DNA of 33,007 bases from Planctomycetota bacterium (GCA_045863855.1 BTVV01000065.1:1-33007), one strand, 5' to 3'. Counted from the first letter of the stretch, positions 7,964 through 17,690 are shown. Notes: generated by a model from the letters alone, not told the origin. Numbers and translations: made by a program.

Positions 7964-9061
7964 TCAACCGCGCCGAATCTGCACGAAGCCGTCCGCCCGC
8001 TCGGCCACCACATGCCCCGGCAGATGGATCTGCCGCTGCACGCCGCTCGGTCCGAACAAGCCCTGCAATTGCTGCAAGTGCTTCGCCGTCGCCGCCAGCC
8101 CGCGGTTTTTCCATAACGTCTTGAGCAGGTTGATCACGTCGGCAAGCTCTTCCGCGCCGGGCGGGCTGCCGACCTTCGGAACGGGTAGCGCCAGATACCC
8201 GCGCGTGCCCACCGCCGCGATCGCGTCCAGCCACCCGCGGTTCCACGCCCGACGCTCCGCGTGGAACTCCGCTTCCTCCGCCAGCCGCCACAGCGCCGAA
8301 CGCGTCCCCGGATGAACCTTTTGTTCCAGCACCGGCAGCACCAGCCGCCGCAGCGCGTTGCGCGGGATGCGCGTATCGAAGTTCGTCTCGTCCGTGCAGT
8401 AGTTCTGCCGCTTCGCCTTCAGATACGCCACGATCTCCGCGCGCATCACGCCCAAGAGCGGGCGCACCAGGCCTTCGGGCATGGGCGTCCCGCGCGGCAC
8501 GAACGGCTCGTCGATGGGCTTGCCTTTTTCGATCCAGACCAGGAAGCCCGGCACCTCGTCGGGCACGTCGGTCGGCAGCGGACTGCTCCACCCGATCCCT
8601 TCCAGGCCAGCCAGCCCCGTGCCGCGGCAGAGCCGGTACAGCACCGTCTCGATCCGGTCGTCGGCATGGTGCGCGACGGCGATCTGCGTGCAGCCCTTCA
8701 CCAGCGCCGCGTGGCGCAAGAACGCCTGCCGCGCCAGCCGGCCCGATTCCTCGATGCTGCGCCGTAGCTGCTTCGCCAGCGCCTTCGTATCGCAGCGCGC
8801 TTCGACGTAATCCACGCCCAGTTTCTTGCACAGTGCGCGGCAGAACTTCGCATCCCGCTCCGCCGCCGGTCCGCGCAGCCGGTGATTCAAATGCGCCGCC
8901 AGCACGCCGAACCCCAAATCACGCTTCTTCGACAGTTCCACCAAAACCCGCAACAGCGCCACCGAATCCGGGCCGCCCGAGAGCGCCACCAGCACCCGCG
9001 CCTGCGCCGGAATCAGCTTCCGCGCCCGAACCGCCGTAGCCACCTTGATGGGCAGTCGCAT
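7964..9061 (-). CDS. tilS: tRNA(Ile)-lysidine synthetase
   Basis: PP-loop SGGPDS, AHLNHRLR, AHHADDRIET, RGTGLAGL, VRPLL, DETN..RN; start at ATG 9061 after purine-rich GGAGAGGGGA; lacks the distal C-terminal domain of long TilS forms. Confidence 0.93.
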   Translation of the reverse strand: MRLPIKVATAVRARKLIPAQARVLVALSGGPDSVALLRVLVELSKKRDLGFGVLAAHLNHRLRGPAAERDAKFCRALCKKLGVDYVEARCDTKALAKQLRRSIEESGRLARQAFLRHAALVKGCTQIAVAHHADDRIETVLYRLCRGTGLAGLEGIGWSSPLPTDVPDEVPGFLVWIEKGKPIDEPFVPRGTPMPEGLVRPLLGVMRAEIVAYLKAKRQNYCTDETNFDTRIPRNALRRLVLPVLEQKVHPGTRSALWRLAEEAEFHAERRAWNRGWLDAIAAVGTRGYLALPVPKVGSPPGAEELADVINLLKTLWKNRGLAATAKHLQQLQGLFGPSGVQRQIHLPGHVVAERADGFVQIRRG

Positions 9062-9447
9062 CCCTATGCTTCCCCTCTCCTGCGCGCGAATGCACACCTC
9101 GCGCCGCCATGAAACGCATTCTTAATCGAGCGCCGGTGGAATGCCAGTGAGCGCCCCATCAGACCGGCGTAAGAACGAGTTCCCGGTTCAGCTCACCTGC
9201 GACGGTGCGCCAACGGCAACTTGGTTTTCGCGCCGGAGGAAAGCGAAGGCGATCCCCGCTCTGGGACGCTTGCCCGGAAGCGGCGCGGTTCAATCGCTAT
9301 GGGTAATGGAGCAGATGCGTTCTTGCCAAGCCCTACTCTCCGCACTTGCCTTGAAACGGCTTGAGCGACAGGGGTTATCAAATAGCCTTCACGGAATGGA
9401 CAGAAGCGGGTTCTGTCTAATCCCGGTTCGGCTGTTTAGGGCGGCGC

Positions 9448-10053
9448 ATGATCTTTTACTATCTTGACCTTGCGGGCGTGGCAGTGTTTGCTGCGAGCGG
9501 CGTGCTGGCGGCGCGAGATCGGGATCTGGACCTCCTCGGAGTCGTCGTGGTCGCGGCGATTACAGCCATCGGAGGAGGCACCCTTCGAGATCTCCTCCTG
9601 AACCGACACCCGATTTTCTGGGTCACCGATGCCTGGTACCTGATCGTCATCATCGCATCCGCCATAGTAACGGTCGCATACGTAAAGGTAGGGTCGCCAC
9701 CGAGTGCCATGTTCCTCGTAGCCGATGCGCTGGGTTTGGCGCTCTTCGCACTATCTGGAGCCCAGTTGGCGGAAGCAGCGCAATGCCCACCGCTCATCGT
9801 AGTGCTGATGGGCACGATGACCGGCGTTACCGGCGGCGTCTTGAGAGATATCGTCACGGCGAAAGTTCCGCTGATCCTGTGCCGGGAGATTTATGCGACG
9901 GCCGCCATCGTGGGAATCGCCGCGTACTGGGCGTTGCACGCGCTCGGATTGCCAAAAGCGCCGGCGGTGGGGACCGGAATGATCGTGGTGGTGGCGCTCC
10001 GGTTGCTTGCCATCCGATGGGGCCTGCATCTACCCATCATCCGTAAACGCTAG
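9448..10053 (+). CDS. Trimeric intracellular cation channel (TRIC)/UPF0126 membrane protein (YadS/YicG-like)
   Basis: Internal duplication DLAGVAVFAASG..TAIGGGTLRDLL and DALGLALF..TGVTGGVLRDIV, then EIYATAA; about 7 hydrophobic segments. Confidence 0.92.
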   Translation: MIFYYLDLAGVAVFAASGVLAARDRDLDLLGVVVVAAITAIGGGTLRDLLLNRHPIFWVTDAWYLIVIIASAIVTVAYVKVGSPPSAMFLVADALGLALFALSGAQLAEAAQCPPLIVVLMGTMTGVTGGVLRDIVTAKVPLILCREIYATAAIVGIAAYWALHALGLPKAPAVGTGMIVVVALRLLAIRWGLHLPIIRKR

Positions 10054-10219
10054 GCTCTGTCTCGAAACGCTTCGAAGGCGAATGCGCCGCGCGGACCAAG
10101 CAGAGCGAGAAAGCCGAACGCGCTGTATCTCTACTGTAGATACAGCAAGCGCGGCTGACGAAGCGCTGCGCAGGTCCCCGCAAGCAGACGCCGAAGAAAG
10201 GTTGCGGGACAGTGCCTAG
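10050..10219. mobile_element. 170-bp palindromic MITE/RPE-like element
   Basis: Ends CTAGGCTCTGTCTCGAAAC and GTTGCGGGACAGTGCCTAG (16/19 complementary), CTAG at both ends, central perfect hairpin GCTGTATCT-N7-AGATACAGC (10122-10146), nested paired segments; no transposase. Confidence 0.7.
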
Positions 10220-10281
10220 AGCGGTTGCCTGGAGCCAGCGCGCTCCAGCCTTTCCCGTGCGGTCCAATCCGCAATCCCGTC

Positions 10282-11457
10282 CTATCGCTCCTCCGCGATA
10301 AACACATCCACCTGCTGCCCCACATACAACCCCTCCACCGGCTCTTTAAGCTTATAAATTGCCTGCAAGACGCGCGTATCGACCAGTTCGGTCTGGCTGT
10401 TCGTCAGCGCGCGCTTAGGCACCACGAACGGCTCGGTGCGCACGAACGCCAACTCCAGCGGCTGGCGCCGCGCGCCTTTCAAGTATGCCGTTGCCGGAGC
10501 GCCGGGCCGGAAGCGCGGCAGGTCGTACTCGTCCAGGTCCACGCGGACGTGCATCTCGTCGAGTTTGCCCAGCACCAGCGCCGCGTCTTCGGCGCGCGTG
10601 CCGCCGGCTTGTACGAACTCGCCTTCACGCAAGCTCCGCCGCAGCACCGTCGCGTCCAGCGGCGCGCGGACCGTGCGCCGTTCGATCTCCACCTCGGTCT
10701 TCGCCAGTTGCGCGCGCGCTTGCCCGATCGCGGCCTCGGCCTTCTTCACGTCCGGCGTCCACGCGCCCGCCCGGTACAGTTCCAGTTCCGCCTGCGCCCG
10801 AGCGGCCAGGGCGCGCAGCGCGTCGAGCTGCTGAGCGGAAACCCGGACGCCTTCTTTGGACGATTCCAGCTGCGCGGCGCCGATCTTCGCGGCGTAGCGC
10901 GCGCGCTCCAGGTCCTCCAGCGGCCACGCCCCGCCGGACACGGCCTTCTCCAGACGCTCCTGCCGCGCCTGCAAGTCCTTCAGATTCCATTCCTTCTCGT
11001 CCACTCGGATGCGCGAGTCGTTCTGCTGGACCTCGGCCTGCGCCACGTCGGCTTGAGCCTTGGCCAGTTGCGCCTTCAAAAGCGGTTCGTCTTCGGGCCG
11101 CCGGTAGGCTTTTGTGCGCGCCAACTCCGCTTCCGCCGCCGCCAACGCCGCGCGCAGCACCTCGCGGTCCGCCTCCAGCCCCCGCGTATCGAGTTGGAAC
11201 AGCGCCTCGCCCGCTTTCACTTCCTGCCCTTCGGTCACGTAGACCTTCAGCACCAGGCCGGACTCCGGCACCCCCACGATCACGTTCTCGCTCTTCGGTT
11301 CGATCAGCCCCGCGCCTGCGATGCCTTGCGGGTACGGATTGCGCGCCACCTCGCCCGGCAGCGCCGGCACCGGCTTCGCCTCGACGCTGCGCATCGCGTG
11401 CACCGTCCCAAACGCCGCGCCAAGCACCGAGAGCGCCACCACGATCCATTTCCACAT
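10282..11457 (-). CDS. HlyD-family periplasmic adaptor (membrane fusion protein) of an ABC exporter
   Basis: Start MWKWIVV at 11457 after SD AAGGAGG; N-terminal TM, lipoyl-like VYVTEGQEVKAGEALFQLD, long coiled coil, VRAPLDATVL, VDTRVLQ. The ORF-track extension to 12009 overlaps the ATPase gene. Confidence 0.9.
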   Translation of the reverse strand: MWKWIVVALSVLGAAFGTVHAMRSVEAKPVPALPGEVARNPYPQGIAGAGLIEPKSENVIVGVPESGLVLKVYVTEGQEVKAGEALFQLDTRGLEADREVLRAALAAAEAELARTKAYRRPEDEPLLKAQLAKAQADVAQAEVQQNDSRIRVDEKEWNLKDLQARQERLEKAVSGGAWPLEDLERARYAAKIGAAQLESSKEGVRVSAQQLDALRALAARAQAELELYRAGAWTPDVKKAEAAIGQARAQLAKTEVEIERRTVRAPLDATVLRRSLREGEFVQAGGTRAEDAALVLGKLDEMHVRVDLDEYDLPRFRPGAPATAYLKGARRQPLELAFVRTEPFVVPKRALTNSQTELVDTRVLQAIYKLKEPVEGLYVGQQVDVFIAEER

Positions 11458-11477
11458 TGCCCGTCCCTCCTTCGGTA

Positions 11478-12236
<759 letters not shown>

Positions 12237-12261
12237 CGCAAGCTCCCTTCCCCGCTTCGGG

Positions 12262-13386
12262 TTAGCGGAAGACCACCGCCGGCGGCACCGCGACCACGCG
12301 CCGCACGCTCACCGCGCCCGCCAACAGCACCGTCGTCAACGTTCCCACGAACGAGATGCCCAATAGGTGCGGTGTGAGCAGAAACGCGACCACCGAGCGG
12401 TCCGTGATGCGGTGCCCGAAGAGCGTCGCCGCGCCGACCCCCAGTCCCCAGCCCAGCACGCCCACCACCAGCGCCTGCAGGAGCACCATCGCCACCAGCT
12501 TGCCGTTCGATAGCCCCATCGCCTTCAGGGCCGCGAAGTGCCGCGTGTTCTCGACGATGAACGTGAAGAACGTCTGCCCCGCCACCGCCGCGCCGACCAC
12601 GAAGCCCAGCAGCACCGTCAAGCCGAAGTTGATCCCGATGCCCGTGTTCTTGAGGTAGAAGCGCACCGTCTCCCAGAAGAACGTGTCGCTGGTCTTCGCG
12701 CCGAGGCCCGTCGCGGATTGGATATTCGCCACCACCTGCGCGTGGTCGAAACCGGGCTTCGCCTTCACCAGCACGAAGGTCAGCCGCTTGCGCGATCCCG
12801 GGCTGTACGCCAGCGCGCGCTGGTAGGTCGTATACACCACCGGCGTGCTCAAGAAGATGCGCGGCGCGCTCGCCACCGCCACCACCCGCGCCCGGCGGTC
12901 GTTGATCTCCAGCGTCGTGCCGGTCTTGACCTGCTGGTAGATCGGCAGGTTCAGGTGGTCCCAGTAGATCGCGTCCGGCTCGGTGATCGCCTCGGGATGC
13001 CCGTCCTCGAAGCGGTCCGCCAGCCCCAGCCGCGCGCCGCGGTCCACACCAATGATCAGCACGCTCGCGAACGTCCGGTCCGGCATCTGCGCCGTCCCCA
13101 TCCCGAAGAAGACCGGCTCCGCCCACTCCACGCCTTCCACGCCGCGTACGCGCTGCACCGCCGTATCCTCGATCGGCCGGCGCTCGTCGAAGTACCGAGT
13201 CGCCGCGTCCATCACCCAGATCTCCGCCTGCGGGATCGATTCCACCTGCGTCGCCGCCCGGCGCATCAGCCCGGTGAAGACCGAACCCTGCTGCACGATC
13301 AACGTCGTCGAAAACGCCAGCCCCAGCACCAGCGCCAAATACTTGGCCGTATCGCCGATCAGCATGCGCAACGCGATCTTAAGCAT
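12262..13386 (-). CDS. ABC transporter permease (FtsX/MacB/DevC-like)
   Basis: One N-terminal TM, periplasmic domain, three C-terminal TMs, motif ENTRHFAALKAMG, terminal PAVVFR. Confidence 0.92.
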   Translation of the reverse strand: MLKIALRMLIGDTAKYLALVLGLAFSTTLIVQQGSVFTGLMRRAATQVESIPQAEIWVMDAATRYFDERRPIEDTAVQRVRGVEGVEWAEPVFFGMGTAQMPDRTFASVLIIGVDRGARLGLADRFEDGHPEAITEPDAIYWDHLNLPIYQQVKTGTTLEINDRRARVVAVASAPRIFLSTPVVYTTYQRALAYSPGSRKRLTFVLVKAKPGFDHAQVVANIQSATGLGAKTSDTFFWETVRFYLKNTGIGINFGLTVLLGFVVGAAVAGQTFFTFIVENTRHFAALKAMGLSNGKLVAMVLLQALVVGVLGWGLGVGAATLFGHRITDRSVVAFLLTPHLLGISFVGTLTTVLLAGAVSVRRVVAVPPAVVFR

Positions 13387-13389
13387 CGC

Positions 13390-14058
13390 TCACCGCCCCT
13401 CGCCGCCGCGCGCGTACTTCGCGCGCACCGCCCGCAATCCCGGCAAGCTGAACGTCACGATCACTTCCGCCAGCCGGTCCGGATCGGGATTCCGGCCCTG
13501 GCGGTCCGGAAACAACCGTTCCACCACCGGCCGGCAATGATGAAAGAAGAGAATCTGCCCGATCACGCAGCCCATCGTGCTGCGCAAGACCTCGTCCGGC
13601 ACGTTCGGTCCCAGCATCTCTTTCAGGATCGTGACCAGATGCTGCTGCTGCGGGCGCACCAGCGTATTCACCACCTGATCCAACGCCGGGCTCGGTTCGA
13701 CCATCTCCCGCGCCATCAGCCAGCTCAAATAAGCCTCCGGCCCCGCCGAATACACCCGTCGGCAAAACGCCCGCACGAACCCCGCGAAGCGCTCATCGAG
13801 CGTAGCCTCCGGCCGCACCCCGCCCGTCACCGGATGCCGCTCCACCATAGCCTGATACGTGTGCAGCAGCACTTCGCCGTAAAGCTTCTCCTTGTCCCCA
13901 AAGTGGTAATTCACCGCCGCGATGTTCGCGCCCGCGCGCTGGCAGATATCTCGCACCGTCGCCCGCGCAAATCCCTCCTTTGCGAAGATCTCGCTCGCCG
14001 CATCCAAAATCCGCTGCCGCGTGTCGTAGCTCGTGGTAGGGGGTCGCTCGGCACTCAT
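13390..14058 (-). CDS. TetR-family regulator with CecR/YbiH (DUF1956)-like C-terminal domain
   Basis: TRQRILDAASEIFAKEGF..TVRDICQRAGANIAAVNYHFGDKEKLY; C-term REMVEPS, IGQILFF, IVTFSL; SD AAGGAG at 14065-14070 on the minus strand. Confidence 0.92.
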   Translation of the reverse strand: MSAERPPTTSYDTRQRILDAASEIFAKEGFARATVRDICQRAGANIAAVNYHFGDKEKLYGEVLLHTYQAMVERHPVTGGVRPEATLDERFAGFVRAFCRRVYSAGPEAYLSWLMAREMVEPSPALDQVVNTLVRPQQQHLVTILKEMLGPNVPDEVLRSTMGCVIGQILFFHHCRPVVERLFPDRQGRNPDPDRLAEVIVTFSLPGLRAVRAKYARGGEGR

Positions 14059-14081
14059 CGCTCACTCCTTTCGAATGTCGT

Positions 14082-14125
14082 TTCAAACACTCGTTTTAAT
14101 CAATATATTCAAACAATCGTTTTAA
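14082..14125. promoter_or_regulatory. Two tandem 18-bp quasi-palindromic operators, probably bound by the TetR protein
   Basis: TTCAAACACTCGTTTTAA (14082-14099) and TTCAAACAATCGTTTTAA (14108-14125), 17/18 identical, 26-bp period. Confidence 0.8.
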
Positions 14126-14130
14126 GTCAA
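14102..14130 (-). promoter_or_regulatory. Sigma70-type promoter of the TetR-ABC operon
   Basis: Minus strand TTGACT (14130-14125), 17-bp spacer, TATATT (14107-14102). Confidence 0.8.
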
Positions 14131-14172
14131 GGCGTGCCCGAAAATATATTGCAATTCAATACGCCCTAAGGA

Positions 14173-14757
14173 TTAACGAGAATTAAATAAAGCCCCAGTC
14201 AGGAAGTTCTGGAGCAGCTTGGTGCCTTCGCCAGTCAGGAAGCTTTCGGGGTGATACTGCACCCCTTCGAGCGGCCATTCGACGTGCCTCACGCCCATAA
14301 GTTCATGCTGATCTTGGGTATGCGCGACGGGCTTCAAGAAGACCGGTAGGGTTTCTTCCTTTACTATAAGGGAATGGTAACGCGTGGCTTGGAAAGGGTT
14401 GGCCAGACCCTCGTAGAGCCCTTTTCCGTCATGCACGATCTCCGAGGTCTTCCCGTGCATGAGGCGCGTAGCTCGGCAGACCGTTGCGCCAAAGGCTTCG
14501 CCGATGGATTGGTGCCCGAGGCAGACGCCTAGCAGTGGCACCTTGCCTGCAAAGCGCCTAATCACCGGCACCGAAACGCCGGCCTCCTTCGGGGTGCACG
14601 GACCGGGCGATACGATGATCTTCTCCGGGCGCAGCGCTTCGATCTGCTCCACGCTCAGTTCGTCGTTGCGAATGACTTTGAGGTTCGCGCCTAAGGCGCC
14701 CAGCGTCTGGACGAGGTTATAGGTGAACGAATCGTAGTTATCGATGACGAGGATCAC
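14173..14757 (-). CDS. Anthranilate/aminodeoxychorismate synthase component II (class I glutamine amidotransferase, TrpG/PabA)
   Basis: IDNYDSFTYNL, SPGPCTP, GVCLGHQ, RYHSL, GVQYHPES; GTG start. trpG and pabA cannot be separated from sequence alone. Confidence 0.95.
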   Translation of the reverse strand: MILVIDNYDSFTYNLVQTLGALGANLKVIRNDELSVEQIEALRPEKIIVSPGPCTPKEAGVSVPVIRRFAGKVPLLGVCLGHQSIGEAFGATVCRATRLMHGKTSEIVHDGKGLYEGLANPFQATRYHSLIVKEETLPVFLKPVAHTQDQHELMGVRHVEWPLEGVQYHPESFLTGEGTKLLQNFLTGALFNSR

Positions 14758-14870
14758 GGTACGGTCCCTGTGCGCAGCCCCCGCTTTTATGCGAAGTTCT
14801 GCCGCGAAGCAACGTTAGACGCGCCTTCGTAGCGCTCAAACTTAGCCCCGAACTGGCCGATACCATTAGA

Positions 14871-15827
14871 ATGATTGCTCGCAGCACGCTCCCCGCCGAG
14901 TCCGGCTGCCCCGAAGCCGTCGCGGACCGCTTTTTAAGCCACATGGCCGACGAGCGGCGGATGAGTCCGCACACGGTCAAGGCGTACGCCGAAGACCTGG
15001 GAGCGTTCCTGAGCTTCCTCGAAGGCCGGAGCGAAGCCCACCGCTTCCCGCATCGTATCGACCGGCTGGTGCTGCGCGCGTTCATGGCCGAGCAGACTCA
15101 AAAAGGCCTTTCGAAGCGCAGCCTCGCGCGGCGGCTCTCGGCGCTGCGAAGCTGCTACAAATTTCTGCTCAAGCGCAAGCAGATCGAAACCAATCCGCTC
15201 GACGGAATCCGTTCGCCTAAGCTCGGCCGACCGCTGCCCAAGTACCTAAACGAAGCCGATGTCCGCACGTTGCTGGAATCGGTAGCGGGCGCGCATTGGC
15301 GCGACCTGCGCGACCGCGCGATTCTAGAATTGCTCTACGGGGCCGGCGTCCGCGTCAGCGAACTGGCGGGCGCCAATCTCGAAGACCTGGATCTGGAGCG
15401 CGGCTTGATTCGCGTACGCGGCAAAGGCAAGAAGGAGCGACTGTTGCCCATGGGCCGCCAGGCGACAAGCGCGCTAGCCGGTTGGTTCCTGCGCCGTCCC
15501 GAAGCCGCGCGCGGGCGCGCCGGCAGCCCCGCGGCGCAGAAAGGAGGGCAGGCTCCGGTCTTCGTCAACAAGTTCGGATCCCGGCTGGATGTCCGCAGCG
15601 TCCGCCGCCTGCTCGATAAGCGCCTCGCCGACGCCGGACTCCCGCCGGGCAGTTCACCGCATACCCTGCGCCACAGCTACGCCACGCATCTGCTCGATCG
15701 AGGAGCCGATTTACGCAGTGTCCAGGAATTGCTCGGCCACTCCAGTCTCTCGACCACCCAAGTCTACACCCACCTGACGCCATCGCGGCTGAAAGAGATT
15801 TACGCGAAGGCGCATCCAAAGGCGTAG
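14871..15827 (+). CDS. xerC: Tyrosine recombinase XerC (XerC/XerD family)
   Basis: SPHTVKAYAEDL, LPKYL, RDRAILELLYGAGVRVSEL, GKGKKER, PHTLRHSYATHLL, VQELLGHSSLSTTQVYTH, YAKAHP. The xerC versus xerD call rests on SPHT and SLSTTQVY and is less certain. Confidence 0.85.
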   Translation: MIARSTLPAESGCPEAVADRFLSHMADERRMSPHTVKAYAEDLGAFLSFLEGRSEAHRFPHRIDRLVLRAFMAEQTQKGLSKRSLARRLSALRSCYKFLLKRKQIETNPLDGIRSPKLGRPLPKYLNEADVRTLLESVAGAHWRDLRDRAILELLYGAGVRVSELAGANLEDLDLERGLIRVRGKGKKERLLPMGRQATSALAGWFLRRPEAARGRAGSPAAQKGGQAPVFVNKFGSRLDVRSVRRLLDKRLADAGLPPGSSPHTLRHSYATHLLDRGADLRSVQELLGHSSLSTTQVYTHLTPSRLKEIYAKAHPKA

Positions 15828-15914
15828 CGGCCCGCCGAATGGCGCACCACCGTACTCGCGGCCGATTTCAGCGCTATAGTGGTGAAGACGTTCGACTCAC
15901 AAAAGCCGCTCGAA

Positions 15915-17690
15915 CTACTGCGCGGGCGGCGGCGCCATCATCGGGAGCGTGGCGGGATCGAAGATCATCGCGAAGAGCGCCAGTTGGGCCACGCCCGTAA
16001 ACAGCGAAGCGCCAAAGTCCACGTCGCCTTCCGACTTCATCGCCACACGAAGGCCCGATTCTTTCTTCTCGAGCGTAAACGAAAAAGGCGCCGCCTGGGC
16101 TTTCGCCTTGGCCATTTGGCTTTTGTACGCTTCCGGAATCAAACCTTCGTACGCTTTAAAAAACGGCGCGAGATCGAAATAGCCGCCGAGCAACTCCTTC
16201 CCGCCCACCGGCGCGTCGCTCCAGGACCCCTTCAGCGCCAACGCCTCTTCCGAGGCGGCCGATCCCGTGGCCAGGATAAAATAATCTTCGCGGATGCCGA
16301 CCAGTACCGCAGCCGTCAAGATCGGAATCTTGTATAGCACATCTTGCCCGTGCGCGATTTGCTGTACGGCCTGGTTCTTCGCGTAGGTCTTCTTCAATGC
16401 CGCATCGAGCTGCTTCTTGTCGTTCAGTTTCGCGAACAGGATCACGCCCGGAATGGGACTGGCTTCGTCGCCCGGATACACCGCGAGCCCCCCAGCGCCG
16501 CCAGCGAGCAACTTGCCCAGCGCCGTAAGCGACAGACCGATCATCCCATTGGCCTGCGCATCGATGGCCTTCCACTGCGCAGCGCCGCCGGACTTCGAGA
16601 CGAGGTTTTGAAGCGACTGCATCGGGTTGCCGAGGCTGTAGGTGAGCACCACCGGCGCGCGTCCAAGCTTCTGCAGGAAGGGCTTGCACTCGTCGCCCAT
16701 TTCGAGCCCGCTCATCAGGGATGCATTCGGCGCGCAATGGAGATAAATCGAACCTTCCGAGCCCGAACCGGTGCAAGCGATGCCCTGTAATTCCTGAAGC
16801 ACCTGCGTACCGGCAGTTTTGCCTGCGGCTTTCTTGACCGGCGCTAGGTTCACATAGCCGGTGGAATGGCCGACCTTGCCGAGGCCGGCGAGCGTTTCCT
16901 TAAAGGCCGGCGCATCCTTAAGCGGCTGTTCACCGCGCTTCTTGAGGAAATCGCGCAGACCTTTGGCCAGTCCTTCGCCCGGCCCGCCGTAAACGTACAT
17001 GCGCCCATCTTCGATCGCCATGGCGACGCTGCCGGCGACGTACACCACCGGTTGCCCGGACTTGTCTTCTTCCACGGTGGTTTTAGCGGCCTTGGCGCAG
17101 GCCTTGAATACATCGAGCCCCTTCTGATACGTCGTGATCGAAAGACCGATCACGCCCCCGCTCGGCGTCCGGTCGTCGTCGAGCGCGAGGAGCGCGAGCG
17201 TCATGGGCTGCTTGAGGTCGATGCCGGCCGAAGCGTACGATTCGGTCTGGCTTAGGCTGAAACCCAAATCCTGCCGGATCGAGTCCTTCGCAGACGACCA
17301 ATCGGCTTGCAGCATCGGCATCGCTTCAAAGGTCTGGTCGAGATTCTTGACCACTTCTTTAATGGTGCGCTCGGGCTGTGCGAAAGCGACGACGGCGAGG
17401 CTATCCTGCGGCACCATGGCGGCCGTTTCGATGGGGCCGACAGAACCCTTGAAGTGCCGGTAGCCGTAGAGCCCTCCGACCAGCAGCACGGTCAGGACCG
17501 CTACAGCGACGATGCCCTTAATCGCGAGCCCCTTATAGTCGGTGGGCTCGGTGTACTGGCCCGGCTGAGGCGCGAGTTGCGGAACATGCGCACCCATCTG
17601 CGTCGACGCTTCCGGCTCATCGGGGGAAGCGGAGGGCGAGTGCCCGCCGGGTGCGAGAGCCAGATCGTCGTCGTCTTCTTGCGCGGGCAT
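15915..17690 (-). CDS. Membrane-anchored hypothetical protein, DUF3352-like
   Basis: Disordered acidic/Pro N-terminus, one TM (GIVAVAVLTVLLVGGLYGY), then AAMVPQDSLAVVAF and LKDAPAFKETL resembling DUF3352; SD GGAG upstream. Confidence 0.65.
   Translation of the reverse strand: MPAQEDDDDLALAPGGHSPSASPDEPEASTQMGAHVPQLAPQPGQYTEPTDYKGLAIKGIVAVAVLTVLLVGGLYGYRHFKGSVGPIETAAMVPQDSLAVVAFAQPERTIKEVVKNLDQTFEAMPMLQADWSSAKDSIRQDLGFSLSQTESYASAGIDLKQPMTLALLALDDDRTPSGGVIGLSITTYQKGLDVFKACAKAAKTTVEEDKSGQPVVYVAGSVAMAIEDGRMYVYGGPGEGLAKGLRDFLKKRGEQPLKDAPAFKETLAGLGKVGHSTGYVNLAPVKKAAGKTAGTQVLQELQGIACTGSGSEGSIYLHCAPNASLMSGLEMGDECKPFLQKLGRAPVVLTYSLGNPMQSLQNLVSKSGGAAQWKAIDAQANGMIGLSLTALGKLLAGGAGGLAVYPGDEASPIPGVILFAKLNDKKQLDAALKKTYAKNQAVQQIAHGQDVLYKIPILTAAVLVGIREDYFILATGSAASEEALALKGSWSDAPVGGKELLGGYFDLAPFFKAYEGLIPEAYKSQMAKAKAQAAPFSFTLEKKESGLRVAMKSEGDVDFGASLFTGVAQLALFAMIFDPATLPMMAPPPAQ

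Noticed and set aside
9141..9467. 108-aa ORF, and a possible glycine riboswitch, upstream of the TRIC gene
   Set aside because: The ORF has atypical codons, no SD or motif, and overlaps the TRIC start. The riboswitch core (GGAGA..CCGAAG..CUCUCAGG) is not present in order.
10007..10325. Short ORFs spanning the palindromic element
   Set aside because: Open frames are a property of the repeat; there is no SD or coding signature, so they are not called genes.
14871..15827. Tyrosine recombinase as a prophage or island integrase
   Set aside because: Length and motifs match housekeeping XerC/D; no arm-binding domain, tRNA, att repeat or phage genes nearby.
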